DNA of 64,000 bases from Azolla caroliniana (Eukaryota > Plantae > Polypodiophyta). Where the stretch lies: assembly GCA_043228905.1 (NCBI GenBank), contig JBHGNT010000020.1, positions 4,216,001 through 4,280,000 of the forward strand, in the 5' to 3' direction. The notes below the pieces were generated by a model that saw only the letters and a list, made by a program, of their open reading frames with translations, was not told where the DNA came from and made no database searches. Of this stretch, positions 1 to 13,479 are shown piece after piece (positions within the stretch are counted from its first letter, which is position 1; the number at the start of each line of letters is the position of its first letter). Made by a program: the position numbers and the translations under genes.

Positions 1-234
1 GTATTAATCAATACAAAAATTATTCGTGGGATTCACGATTTATACATCCACTTCTCTCTTAACACCCTAAGTACCAATTAATATAGTATACTCGTGTGAT
101 TCACGAGTTTCTTATCTTTCTCTTTGCTATTTACTCATAATTAATCTCTATCTCACGAACTTCTTTCTCCTAGTCCAAGACCTCTGTGGTTCCCACCCGA
201 CTCACGCAACGATCCGGAGCCGAAAGGCACGACA
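1..234 (+). mobile_element. 3' (U5) end of an LTR of the tRNA-Trp-primed Ty3/gypsy family B, inserted into a copia RT; runs off the window start
   Basis: Bases ~163-234 are the near-exact reverse complement of 25354-25426. The LTR ends ...GGCACGACA at 234 and is followed by ACGT and copia RT sequence (HWNAVKHV on the minus strand). Confidence 0.8.
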
Positions 235-3200
235 ACGTGCTTGACTGCGTTCCAGTGTGATCGGTTGGGGTTGTGCATGAATCTGCTGACGACTCCTACG
301 ACGTGAGAAATATCAGGCCGTGTCGCGACCATCGCATACATAAGGGAGCCGACTGCCGGTGCATACGGTACCGACTTCATATCTTCCCCCTCCGGACTGG
401 ATGTTGGGCAATCTCGCTTAGACAGCCGAAGGTTAATGGGGAGTGGTCGAAGCAGACTTGGCCGAGTGCATGTTGAAGCGTTCCAAGACACGTTCGATGT
501 AGTCGGTTTGAGACAAGAAAAGTTGTCGTTTATCGCGATGTCCATTAATCTTCATACCAAGTATGTGTCTTGCCGAACCGAGGTCCTTCATGGCAAACTT
601 CAACCGTAGTTTCCGAACGACATGCCGACCGGAGAGTAGCATGTCGTCCACGCAGATGATGAGGAAGACGGGAGACCCATCTTGAGTTGTTTTGGTGAAG
701 AGACAGTGGTCCTCATCGCTCTTTGAGAAGCCGATCGATTGGATGAAGTCGTCGAACTTCTTGTACCACTGTCGGGCTGCCTATTTCAGGCCGTAGAGAC
801 TCTTCTTGAGTCGGTAGACTAGATGTTCCTGGCCAGATGCCACAAAGCCTTTCAGCTGCTCCATATAGATTTCCTCCTATAGGTCACCATGGAGGAATGC
901 CGTTTTTACATCTAGTTGAATCAGCTCCAAGTTGTTGGCGGCCACGACGCCGAGCATGAAACGAAGGGTCGTCATTTTCACCACTGGTGAAAAGATTTCG
1001 TCGAAGTCGACACCATATTCTTGTCTGAACCCCTTCGCAACTAATCTGGCCTTGTACTTTGGGTTGGTCGAGTCAAACGTCTCTTTTAGGCGATAGACCC
1101 ACTTACATGGAAGAGCATGTCGATTCTTCGGTAATTCGACCAAGTCCCAAGTCTTGTTTGCCCGAATGGAGTGCATTTCCGACTCCATCGCCAAATGCCA
1201 TGTGGTTGAATTGGCTGATGCTGATGCTTCTTCGTAAGACGTCAGTTTGTCGGCATCGGTAAAGAAAATTCCAGGAGAGTACCTCTCCGGAGGTTGCGAC
1301 AGTCTCTCGAATCTACGAGGTATGACTGGACTAGTCACACCGGGTGTCGATGTCGGATGGTCAGGAGCCGAGCCATTCGGCTGTGCCAAATTGGTGGATT
1401 CGGTGCGAGGGTTGTCGGTTACCCGTGAAACCGATCTCGTGTTGTGGGCTAGGCCATCATGAAGGGTTGGCACTTTAGAAAATATTACCCTTCGGACTTC
1501 AATAGGCCTTTCGGCCATTTTATGCATAACCGACTCGTTGAACACGACGTCCGAACTTCAGACGATTTGTCTGTGCTTGGGGTCCCAGAGTCGGTATCCG
1601 ATCTCACCATTGGGTCCATATCCAAGGAAAACACATTTCCTTGATCTTGGTTCAAGTTTCCGGTAGTCTTCTTTCGGTATGAGGGCGTATGCCTTGCAAC
1701 CGAAGATCCTCAGCTTGTCATAAGTCGGCTTACTGCCGGTCCATATTTCTTGAGGTATTTGAAGTTCTAGAGGTCTACTTGGCAACATATTTATTATGTG
1801 TACCGTAAGTAGAGCCTCCCCTCCGCTTAGAAGCCATCCGACAATCTGGAGTGTTGGAGCATGGATACTACGCGTTCTTGAATCGTCCGATTCATGCATT
1901 CAGCAATTCCGTTCTGCTCTGGATTATAGGGTGCCGTATATTCATTTTAGTTTTCGACCGGTCTGATTTTCAACCATTGCAAGCCATTCGGAGAAGATCG
2001 AGAACACCCTATCTTTGGTTCTGATGGGGTAAGCCCACATCTTCCGAGTCGAGTCGTCAATAAAACTGACGAAGTACGAAGCACCACTGAGAGACTGATG
2101 TGGCATCGAACCACAAACGTCCGAGTGGACCAAATCGATGGGACTCGATTCTCTTGGTGCTGATGTCGGGTGTGATGCGGCCACCTGTTTGCCGTACTAG
2201 CAATGCTCGCAGAATTGGTTATCCGAGAAGGAGAGTTTGGGGATTTAACCGGCTCTGGATAGGTGCGTTATGCTGGCCTTGCTGAGGTGTCCAAGTCATC
2301 TGTGCCATAACGATGACACGGGGATATCAACCAAAAATAAGTTACCCTCTTTGAGTGTGACATATAAAGGGTACAAGGAATGTACCTTCGGTCCTCGAGC
2401 AAGCAGGAGGTTCCCTTTGTGGAGTGTCCACCCTCCTGATGAGAATCTGGCACGGATGCCGGCTTCGTCAAGCTGTTCGACTAAGATCAAGGGTCTTGAG
2501 ACCTCAGGAACATGTCGGACATTGTGTAGTACGAGTGTAGAGCCACCCGGAAGGTTGAGCTCTATAGTGCCGATTCCGATTATAGCATAGTGCTGCGAGT
2601 TTCTGACTCGAACTGAGTCGGACTGCCGGTCCGAGTATTGCCGAAACTGAGATCGGTGAGGTGTTACATGATATGATGCGCTTGAGTCCAGGAGCCATGT
2701 GCTCGATTCCTCAGTCGTAAGCAGAACTTCTGATTCGATTGGGTTCTCTATGGACAATATGTTCAGGTCGGTCGTCAAAATTTCGATTGAAGAGCTGACG
2801 TAGTTGACCTCCTCATGCCGGCTACTTTTCTGATCCACTCTCTAAGCTTTGTCAGTTTTTGCTTTGAGTGCTCGGCAGTCGGCTTTGATGTGTCCCAGTC
2901 TCTTGCTGTAGTTGTAGATTCGGTTATCCCGGGACTTGCTCCGGCTTCTCTGATTGTTTGGCGGTCGGGAAGAACTTCTTCCCCGGTTGTTCGATCGGTC
3001 GGTCGAACCTTGTACTACATAAGCTTCATCTGCTGAGTCTTTGGCAAAAGACTTTCTCCGAGCGGCTTTAGTCAGGATTGCGCTCGTGACTTTAGAGTAC
3101 TTAACGACAACTGTTGAAGCATTGCACACGGTTGTAACGAAAGTTTCCCATGAAGAGGGGAGACTACTCATGAGTATCATTGCCCTGAATTCATCCTCGA

Positions 3201-4293
3201 TTGTCATCCCCTGAGATGAGATTTGGGAGCTTATGCTTTCGTACTCGTTGAGGTGTGCCTGAACCGAATCAGATTCTTTCATCCGCAAGTTGTAGAGGCG
3301 CCGGATGAGATACATCTTCGTTGTCGCGACCTTCTTTTCGTATGTTTCCGAAAGTGTTTTCCAAAGTTCAAAAGTTGTCGTGCATGATTGCACTGTGAAG
3401 TACATTGACTCCGACAAGTGCATCCGAATCGTGGTGCGGACAATTCTGTCCAGCTTTAGCCACTCGTTTGCCTTGTATGCTTTTGGAGGATTTTCATTCT
3501 CAATCGGGTCTATCTGACCCTTGACTATGAGATAGTCCTGCATTTGTTCCTTCTAGAAGTTGAAGTTCGAACCGTCGAACCTCCTTAGACTCATCTCCAA
3601 TGAGCCGGATGTTGATGCCAACTGCTTCGGTTTCGGTTGGTTAGACTCGGTTCGGAGTTGACTATGAACCTTAGTGGGGTGCAACCGGTCAGCTCACCCA
3701 ATATCGTTCTAGTCGGTTTTGAACCCGAGTCGGTTTGGTTTCGGATACTTGTTGTTGAACTTGCTCGGAGTGACTCCGGTAACTTGAGGGACAGAACCGG
3801 ATGGTCTTCCTGAATGTTGCCGAGTTAGAGTGAGCAGGGTTAGCTTCCGATTGTATGCCGAATACCGATTACAAGAAACCGATTGTTTGGGCCAATTCTG
3901 CTTCGGGTGACTACAACGATGAGAGGGACGGATCCAACTGATCCTCCCGAATGTAGATCAGCCTAATGAAGCACGAATTTGGTTGTTGCCAGGAGACCAA
4001 TCTGCATCAGGTGGTTACAACAAGCGAGTGAATAACGTCCGGTGACCTATTCAGATGTCCTTTAACCAAATGAAGCACGATTCAGGCGGTTGTTGCTCAA
4101 GGAGCTCCCCTCAAGCGGTTACAATCACAAGAACAGAGTACAACCGACTAGCTTACTCCAATTTGTGATTTAACACAGTGAGATGCAAGCTTTTTGTTTT
4201 TTTCTTCTCCCTTCTCTGTCCTTCAAAGAAAACAAAAACGAAATGTTGTGTGGTGTACTATGACGGCCGACAGCAGGTTGAAGAACCTCCAAC

Positions 4294-4305
4294 GCTCTGA
4301 TACCA
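4294..4305 (-). other. Primer-binding site, tRNA-iMet (TGGTATCAGAGC)
   Basis: Plus strand gctctgatacca lies 2 nt inside the LTR edge at 4308. Confidence 0.9.
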
Positions 4306-4307
4306 AA

Positions 4308-4389
4308 TGTTGGGGACAAGGCCGTCAATGCAGAAGTGCAAGCAACATTCTGTTTGAAGAAGAACCTGTGTATGCACATATGCAAGATA

Positions 4390-4440
<51 letters not shown>

Positions 4441-4639
4441 ATAGGCACAAACAAATCGTTATATTCCAATAGCAACAGTTACAAAGAATGACAATTGACC
4501 TTTTCTAAAGGTTACAAAGTCACTTTATATAGTGACTGTCCTAGGGCAACTGCCCTTTATGCTATTTATAGAAATAGCCCAAACTTGGGCTGTCCAAAGG
4601 GACAGTGTGAATACGGCCATTATACACTCGTATTCGACA
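4308..4639 (-). repeat. 5' LTR (332 bp) of the Tork-like copia; contains a (CA)n microsatellite
   Basis: Reads TGTCGAATAC...CCCAACA on the minus strand. Its first ~100 bp match the LTR starting at 31414, and it has a TATATAAA box near 4524-4531. Confidence 0.85.
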
Positions 4640-5358
4640 GCTTCTGGGTCTCGAAACGAAGCCGACTTCCCACCTGCGACCATACCACGACTGCACAGGA
4701 CACTCGACAACTGCACACATCGGCCAAATACCCCGCCGAGGTTAAGGCCATAGACCTCGACCGGACTCAACAATTAGGAGGTCAAATGAACCATAAAACT
4801 ACCTCACAGGCCCCCCTTAAAAGTATGTCACGGGTCTGGGTCCTTAAAAGTATACAAAGACCCTCAGACAACACTCGACCAACATACCCCTCACACCCGC
4901 CCCCTCAATTCCACCCAAAACCCCCTAAATTTCCCAAACTCTCACGAAACCCCCGGTGGACTCCCGTCCAACTCCACTATCCGCATATAAACCTTGGCCC
5001 ACCCCACACACTTTTAACTCCTCCCCCTCCCCCTACCTTATGCCACTCCACTCACTCCCGGTTCGAAGAACTTCGAACCACTCACCCCCAGTCCGAAGAG
5101 AGGCCTCCGCCGCCCAAACACAACCTAGACACTAACCCATAAGCCCCTTTAAAATATAAATATAAATATCGCTATCCCTCAAAACACCTCATACTACTTT
5201 CAATTATAATAATTATAACTCATCATGATTAGTCATTCCCATCAATACATAAATACAATATCATCGGCCGTATTGCTGTGTAGACAAGGGTAGGGGAGTG
5301 TAAGAATTGGTACACCCTCAACGACTATACTAATCTTTGTCCTAGCAAGTTATAATCG

Positions 5359-5841
5359 ATGGCATCCACCCCATTCACCAAGCTCCTCCATGCATACTAT
5401 CCCGACGTTGATTGTGGCTCCTTGGTGATTGAAGCCGAGTTCAACAACACATGTTGTACCTACCGGGTACCCACTACAGCCACGCAACTCAAGTACCTCG
5501 AGCCTGATGTTTTCGACACCCTTTCTTGACTAGACCTCAAGTTCTTCCTCAGGATTGGCCCTTGGGGTGTATTGCCCGAGTTGGTTAGCCGGTTCCTCAC
5601 AGGATACAACCCCGATACCGGCCACGTTCGTATCCACGCCTTTGCGGATGCTACCCCTGTCGAGTTCCAGTTCAACGTCACAGACGTTTGCACTACGCTA
5701 CATTTGCCGGTCGATGGCATTCCCTTCCGCACCGCGAAGGCCCATGGCATCGTCCCCAACATCATCCTCGCCGGACGCGAAGGTTGGCGTTTCACCGAAA
5801 CTCCCCCTCTCCCTTCACCGGCTACAACACTTCCACATTGA
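5359..5841 (+). pseudogene. Decayed extra ORF at the 3' end of a probable Athila/Tat-like Ty3 element
   Basis: ATG at 5359 with one internal TGA (5527). The stretch LKFFL..PELVSRFLTGY..VRIH..EFQFNVTDVCTTLHLP resembles plant-transposon (Athila ORF-like) domains. It lies just upstream of a PPT and LTR. Confidence 0.5.
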
Positions 5842-6046
5842 TAGCCGGCCCCAAGGACTTCTTCACGACAACCAATCAAATGCAAGAAATCCGCTTACCG
5901 CCGCTCAACATCCGACGTCTTCGCCACCATCTTCGCCGCCAACCACCTCCCGATGAACCCCCCTACTCTATCCTTCTCGCCCCCGACGCCCGAAGCTCCC
6001 CTCCCACAGTGCACCCAGGAGTGTGCACTCATTAGGTTGGGGGGGA

Positions 6047-6628
6047 TGTTAAGCGCTTGGATTGCACCACGACCAATCGTGAAGAAGAGCGCATCAACAA
6101 TGACGTGGTATGGCTAAAGGATCTACGAAGAGGGAATGGCAAGAGGAAAGAGGGCTAAAGGACATCCAAGTGTGAAAGGTCGATACCCTAAATGTAAATG
6201 CTATATAAACCACATGGTGGTGGCTTTGTAAGGGTTCTTCCATTTGTAAAGATCTCCCAATTGATTAAGAGCTAGAGCTTCCTCTCCTCCGTCTTGTAAC
6301 CTATAAGCTTAAGAGAGATTAGTGAGGTGTTTAGTTAGAGAACACTAATATCTCTTCCTTGTTGGTGCTAGACCTCTTAGCAAAGAGGGTTAATAAACAT
6401 ATTCATCTCTCTTATTGTCTATATTCATTACCCTATTGTCTATGAGAGCGAGCTTGAGAGAGTGAGAGAGATATCGCGCTTAAACATCTATTAATCGTTA
6501 AGTGAGTGTGAGGCTCGGAGGTGTCCGACAACCATCTCCGCCGATTCTCCATCAAAAGGGTATATGCCGGTCCGAACTCCGCAAACGACATCGAGGAGTT
6601 AACTCCATCGATACATAGATCCTACACA
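6047..6628 (+). mobile_element. 3' LTR preceded by a PPT (GGTTGGGGGGGA, 6035-6046); right boundary uncertain
   Basis: PPT is immediately followed by TGTTAAG. TATATAAA at ~6202 and AATAAA at ~6392. The end at ...CTACACA (6628) is tentative. Confidence 0.6.
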
Positions 6629-7879
6629 GTAGCTAGGTTGTGTAGTTATAGGATGAAGGGATATTGAGACAATTTTCGTGTGGTTTGAATGTGACAATGA
6701 TTAGAGAAACATTTGGTGGATGTTGAGTTTGTTGTTCAATAACAACAGAAGGTCTGACATATATGGCACACAACGTGCACCACTGCTCAAATGATGTTGT
6801 TTACGGTCGTGAATGAGTGGACAATATTGGTCTAAGAAGATAGGTAAACTCAATAGATGTGCACATATGCCCAGAACACTCAAAATTGTAATATTGTAAA
6901 ATAATAATATATTCGCACTTATGATAAGTGACGGATAAAAAGCACATGCACACATCTACTCTTTTAGAGTGTCATGTCTCAGAATGTAGCACTAGACTCT
7001 TCGTTCAGTGCTGATTTGCAAGGCTTGCAAAATGGAGTAAAGTGAGGTGTCCTAATTTGGCAAAGAGGCCAAATTCCTATAGATAAATAAGCCTCTAATC
7101 TAAACAAGGACAAGGAGTCAAAACTATTGTTACCCCTTTATCACTTGTGTAGAAAGGAGATAAGGGAACAATAATCCAAGTGGATAACAGGTGACAAATC
7201 ATTTTCACTCATCCTTTGTTTGACCCATACGTGGTATACCATTGCCCGAGAAGGTGATCAGTTCAAATTAGTGCATGTGATCATGCCATTGTGGGGTGCA
7301 TCCAAGAATTCTTCAATAACTCTTATGGCTTTCCCTCTAATGTCATGAAGATCTTCTTTTACTATGGATCGTGTGTGTGTGGGCCGAATTGGCAAGTTTC
7401 TTGGCCAAAGAGATGGATTATCAAGGATGAGCACAAGATCTCAATAATTTAAAATTTTTAGTAATTAATAAGAAGAGAGTAGATAGCAAAGTTTAAAAGA
7501 TTTGCTAGTGAATACATTGATTACAAGAATGATTGTTAGATTATAGAAAACCCAATAAGGGAGTAGTAATCAAAATAAAGGTGGTATACTATCAATAACC
7601 CAAGTAAAAAGCATATTAATAAAGCCCTAATAATAGCAAACCCTTATACCCAAAGATGATTTTTACTAAACCTCATAAGTGTCCTATGTATACTTTTCTC
7701 TGCTAGCTTCAATTAGTTCAAGCTTGCTTTTCTTTTATAGGGCTTAAGAGTGGGTTCTGTGTAAGGTTGGCGCCTATGATCCTTGCTTCATGTAAGATAG
7801 GAACCTACTTCAATCCTTGTGTTGTCAACAAGACACTCTTCCCAACATTGCTAGCACAGTAAAAGATGTCTTTCTTATG

Positions 7880-8200
7880 TTTATGTTCTCCTTATTTTTC
7901 CTCTAAAATTGGTCTATTTTCAACAAGAAAACTACGGTCTATGCCACGATCATTCACCCCACATGCGAAGTGTGACACAACGTTTAGAGAAACCACTACC
8001 GACCTCCAACAATCATCGAGCCCTCCAAGCAACACCATGACAAGAGTTCGAGACTTGCTTGTACGAGACAACAACATAAGCATTTTGGTAGGAACAAACC
8101 AATGATGCAATTTAACTTCATCTTATTCAAGTGGATCACAATGCTTTGCTCCAACAAGACACAAAAGGCGTGTGTGTACTTCTTGTTGGACATTAAGGCA
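7880..8200 (-). pseudogene. Highly degenerate copia gag (UBN2-like) fragment
   Basis: Peptide LVMVLLGGLDDCWRSVVVSLN resembles the copia gag LLxSLPxSWxxxVxxL motif. Confidence 0.4.
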
Positions 8201-8359
8201 ACCGTAGAGATAGATATGAACTGATATCATTGAGGCTTATTATTTACATACATATTGCGAGTTATGTGAGATGTGCATTAACAGTGAACAGTGAGACTCC
8301 CCATATGGCACCTGAGCTTCATGCCGTTGCTCCACCTCTTCTTGTCCATTGATGGCAGT

Positions 8360-10123
8360 TCACCATTTCCATCCATCCCCAGGACCACTACCCTTCTCCT
8401 CCTGCTCTGCTTCATTATGTACACTACCAATTCCATCTGACTCCTTTTTCTTGAACTGGAAGGATAGTTCTTTCATTATAAGTTCTCGAAGTTCCGATTG
8501 GGTGTCATCTGTTGATACCATGGAATCTCGAGTGCTACCTTCCATCAATCTTTCACTCATGGACATCCTTGTACTGCCGATTGCAGATTTGTCTTTATTT
8601 GAACCCTTCTTTGAGTCTCTTTCATCGATCTCAGCAGCTTCTATAAAAGCTGCCAAGGACTTCAAGAAACTTGCACCTCGATGTAATCGAGAGGATCGAA
8701 GTAACGCTGCCCTTCCATCAGGAGGTCTTGCAACTGATTTGTGATCAATCAATTTGTTATATTGGCATATCATTCTAGCATAGTAAAAAATGATACAGAA
8801 GAAAGATGTAACTCCAGTGATCAGGAAGAGCCCCCAAAAGCTGCTTAGGTTCAATTTGTTGAATTGCACTTGAACTTGAGAGGAGCATTCATAACCACTT
8901 AACCACAAGTCATGTATTTGTTGCAATTGACCACTCTCTGAGAGCTCCAAGATCGCTGAGGACATGTCTATTGCAAGCTGTGATCCTTTGGGGAATGCCT
9001 AATGTAAAACCATGGAAAAATTAAACGTTATTTAGAATCGTATCTAATCTGTACCTTGAAAATACCAACCAAATTTAGTTTTTGATATAAACACACACAC
9101 GCTAAGATGCTTTCTTTCCAATGAACATAGTTTTCTAAGCATTGCATGGCCTACATACTTTAAAAGGACATGAGAGCATGTGATGCGTTCAAATTAAGAG
9201 AAAACGAAGTCATTCCATGCAAGGCCCAATATCAATCATGATGCACTGCCTGATGTTTGTGCTGGACTACCATGTAAGAGAGATGCAATAATTAAATTAG
9301 AAACATTTGCAAATAAGAGGCAATACATCATAAAAGTGATTTAGCATGCAATGTCTTGTTACATAGCTCATAGTATGCTGCTTTTAATCACAAGCAATCC
9401 ATCAAGCTAATTATACTTACAAAACCCCAACCACCTTTCGTAAACTCTTGTCCAATCATAGTGAAGCCACACTCAGATGCCAAGAGCAGCTGCAGGTAAG
9501 GAAGCTCATCCACAATTGCACTAACCCCTCCATTCTGAGGTCCCTTTCTAAGAGCGTTCGCATAGCTTGATAGTGGACCCAATGGAACTAGCCTCTCTTT
9601 CGCAATGTTAAGTTGCAGAAGGTAGTCCTCCACAAAAGACCCTCCTTGATACCCGATAGGATCATTGCTTTCTATTAATCCAGCAAAACTGTGAAAAGTT
9701 GGTGATAATTTCTCGACTGTGAGAATTGATGTCAAGCTAGCAGTGTAGCTCGATGTTATGATGAGAACTACAAATAGCCAGATGATTAGAACAGCCCTCC
9801 CTAGTGTGCTTTTCACTTTTTCTCCTGGAAATTCGAAAATGGTATGTGATTTGTTTCTCCCCACTTAGAAGTTCTTAAAAAAATCAATCTAGCATTGCAC
9901 TTACTTTGAGAGAAGAACAGTGTTGAAAATATAAACCTGTGACAGTTCAAGTAACTTATTTTAGACGAGTCATGTTTGTTTATATACACACACACATATT
10001 TCCAAAGGAAGCTCAAAGTACCAACCAGCTACCTAGTAGATTTTAGTTTTGTTATTTACATAAACATATACACACATAAACACATATAGTGAAAACCATA
10101 ATCTTTCATCTGTATGGCATATG

Positions 10124-10158
<35 letters not shown>

Positions 10159-12838
10159 TGACAATCATAATCTTTCATCTGTATGGCATGGACACATACA
10201 TACCAGAGGGTAGTTACAAACTGCTTTCTTGGGCGGCCTCGAAAATCTTTATTCTTCTTGTGTTCAAGTATCCAAATCACTAGACCAGTAAACAGGAAAA
10301 AAATACATGTGACAAACCACATGGCTGCAGTAAATGGAGATAGGAATGCCCAGGCATAACCCTGAGGGTCTCCTTTCATAGCCACAACTACCATGAGTCC
10401 TGATGTTGTATACGGTTGCGTGAAATCCACAAGTTTTGAGCGTGCCGTGGTAATCGTCACATCACCAACTACTGCATCAAATTCCTGCACTGTCCACATG
10501 CATAATGCAAACTTCTGAATAGATGTTGACATCGATTAAAAACTCATCTTATCTCTGTACCATGTTCGCAGATCAGTGTAACACATGCTTCTTGATCGAC
10601 TCCATAGAAGGTAGTTGCATAGTATGTAATATACTCGAATGCATTGGCAAACATTCTTTTTCATACAAATGCAAACGAATGCATATGTTATCAAAACATT
10701 CTTATGTTTTTTTATTATATTTTTTACCTTAACTTCTTACCTTAAAAAAGAATTTACCTTATAATAAATAATGAATACAGAAGTATAGTATTTACCATAC
10801 TTCGAGGGTGTTTACTATACTCGAATGATTGAAACATTCTCGAATGCGAAGGCACGTATTGTTCATACTATGGGTAGTTGTATATGCCTCTTTATTATTA
10901 TGTCCACATAAGTTATATGTGCTTCTTTATTATTATTATGTCCACATAAGTTATACATGCCTCTTTATTATTATGTCCTCATAAGTTAAACATGTCTCTT
11001 TGAGTTTTTACCATGTTCTGTTTGCATTAGTTAGTTATATACTCCCTTTCACCTTGTTCACATCAACTATATATGCCTCTTTACCATGTTGCCCATAAGG
11101 TATCCATACCTATTTTATTATGTCACTATATCAAGTCCTCATACAAAAAGACATGAATTGAAAGATATGCTTGTTGCCTCTCTTTACCTTGGTTTCAATC
11201 TTCTCGATGAGTTCATCATAATTCGGCATTACAGTTCCATTGCCAAATGATACAAACTTGTAGGTAACTGCATATGGAAGGTACATAATTGCAGTCTCAA
11301 AAACATCAATGCAAAACCCATGATATGTCGTGACACCTTCAGAATCAGTTCTAGCACTCACAAACTCCGGGTATCCGGTTTTATTAGGCACACCAATAGT
11401 CAAGGGTAATCCATTCTTCGGAACCACCCATCCACGAGGCACCGCGCTCACACCACCTGGCCAGATTATGTCTTGTAGTTTTTCTCCATTATCTCCTGTA
11501 ACAACCTCATGCACCAATCCATCAATTTGCAATGGAGGGGGAGTAGAACTGCATCCAGTTCCATTCACCCAATACCCAACAACGTTAAGACCAGTCCCAA
11601 TCCTATTCACAATTTCGAATGATATTCCTTTTGCATCACCTCTTTTATCAAGTTTTACAAAACCTGTGATGCCAGTGAAGTTTGTGTCTCTAATATGCTG
11701 TAGAAGAACATCTCCATTTGCTAATAACTTCAGTTGTGCAAGGTCCGAGTTCCCACCAGGCATATTAGTCGGAAAATCGGATGCAACGAAGTTGAAAGAG
11801 TTCCCTTGTTGAAGAAAATGATCAAGGGCATATGCAATCATCCACAATGATTCATATGCAAGAAGCTCATATGCATAGTAGTGGAGATCTGTCCTGCCTG
11901 ACTCGTGGTTCCTTTGCATCAAATAGGATAGCAATTGTACTGTTTGAGGGACATACATGCGTGTGCCGATCACACCTTGTGTTGCTCTTACAAACTCAAG
12001 ATCAATATTTGTTGAATCCAAACTGCTCGCTATGGAATCTGTCACAATCCACACATACCCAGGTGTCATCATCTTCAAGTAATTTACAACTAGAAAGACA
12101 ATTCGAGCCATGGCTTGATGCATGTGCACCACATACACCCTAGATTCTATGAGCTCCAACTGAGACAGAACAGTGGTGATGGTGTAGTTATCCGCTGCTA
12201 TGTCGAAACCTGCCCTGTACACAATTCTGGATCCCATTTCGTCAATCAAGTCTTCTAGTATGTCAATCCCATTTTTTCCGTAGTCATCATCATTGTACAG
12301 AACTACTATTTCTCTCCATCCATAGTATTTTATAACAGCTGCAATGGCTGCCATCTGGGTAAAGTCACTCCATACGAGACGGGTAAAATACGGGTATTGA
12401 TATTCTGAAAGAGTGGGATTTGTAGCTGCAAAAGACACTAACGGTACTTGAGTGCGTGCAGCGATATGTGAGACAAAGTGTGCAACATTTGAGGACTGCG
12501 GACCACAAATGGCCACCACCTCCGATTGCAACAACGATGTGGCTGCAGTACTAAAGGATAAACATGTTAGAAACATCAACCCGATGTGAAATTATAAACA
12601 AACAAACAAAACAATCAGTTAATCCTATATATAGATTTAGCCAGAAAAAGAGAATGATGCTGTCCGACCATGACACTCACACTTTCTCCAATACATACCC
12701 AACCAACTGATCTTACCTCATAAATTCGGTCTAGTAAACATAATCAATACACATTGAACACAACTTGTCGGGCACATGCATGATTTCATAGATAGGAATA
12801 GGACACATATAGATAGTCTCGCCAAACTCTCCTACCAC

Positions 12839-12874
<36 letters not shown>

Positions 12875-13331
12875 AAAACATGGTCATCAGACATGACAGA
12901 CACATATAACAATGTATTGAGAATTTGTGGACATCTATTTCCCCAACTACCCACGATCGATTAACTAACTAACAAATTAAAGGAAATTTAAAGGATTCTC
13001 GTCTGGTTTTATTACCTGAAGAGGCACCAGCAATGGCATCGCAGTAGGAATTGGCAGGAACTAATTGCAATTTGAAGCCATTGAGGAGAAAGGGGTCTGA
13101 GTTCACGTTGTTAACGGCGAGATGAAGGGCATCCAAGCACCTCTTCCCAAGAGCAGAGTCCAAATCCAGAAGAGCCCCAACCCTGATAATGCCAACAGCA
13201 GCAGCAGCAGCAGCAGCAGAGGAGGAGGAGGAGGAGGAGGAGGTCACGATGACATTACAATGGACCAAGAAGACCAAGAAGAAGAAGAAGTGGCAGTGGA
13301 AGTGGAAGTGGAAGTGGGAGGAGGAGGGCAT
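8360..13331 (-). CDS. GLR: Glutamate receptor-like ligand-gated ion channel (GLR, clade-3 type), 6 exons: 13331-13016, 12542-11188, 10484-10204, 9936-9905, 9824-9421, 8998-8360; ~1008 aa
   Basis: All introns are GT-AG with consistent phases (316+1355+281+32+404+639 = 3027 nt). Domains: hydrophobic signal segment, ATD ([16 protein letters not shown]), S1 ([21 protein letters not shown]), M1, pore ([13 protein letters not shown]), M3 with SYTASLTS, S2 ([18 protein letters not shown]), M4 ([10 protein letters not shown]). Confidence 0.96.
9905..9936 (-). other. 32-nt microexon of the GLR gene encoding the pore loop (W)[10 protein letters not shown](R)
   Basis: Flanked by acag| and |gtaagt. It is needed to keep the frame between exons 3 and 5. 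Confidence 0.9.
10880..10995. repeat. ~33-36 bp tandem repeat (3+ copies, tgcctctttattattatgtccacataagtta) in GLR intron 2
   Basis: Direct reading; diverged copies continue to ~11125. Confidence 0.75.
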
Positions 13332-13479
13332 ATTATTCTTGTAAGTAGAGTGTGAAGGAAGGCTAAGGCCCCTTAGCCTTAGCCTTAGCCTTGGCCTTGG
13401 CCTTCTCCTTCCTTCCTTGGTGATGCCTGCCCGCCACACCTTCTAATTACCCCATCAATCATGGGCAGAATAAAACAAG

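Larger units (their letters stand above)
235..4639 (-). mobile_element. Ty1/copia LTR retrotransposon (Tnt1/Tork-like gag), degenerate, interrupted in RT at 234/235
   Basis: Domain order gag (FDGSNFNF*KEQMQDYL), PR (WLLDSSASYH), INT (LVHSDVCG), RT (WVYRLK, KARLVAKGF, QLDVKTAFLHG), with many stops and frameshifts. PBS and 5' LTR are present. Confidence 0.93.

Noticed and set aside
4495-5142. 215-aa Pro-rich plus-strand ORF
   Set aside because: It starts at TTG, spans the copia LTR boundary (4639) into a C-rich spacer, and has no domain; a chance ORF.
7230-7420. Possible RNase H-like remnant (EGD...FLAK)
   Set aside because: Only two short motifs in heavily decayed sequence; not enough to call.
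13332-13439. Longer GLR N-terminus suggested by the ORF track (MWRAG...)
   Set aside because: It starts at GTG after an in-frame TAG; the first in-frame ATG is 13331.
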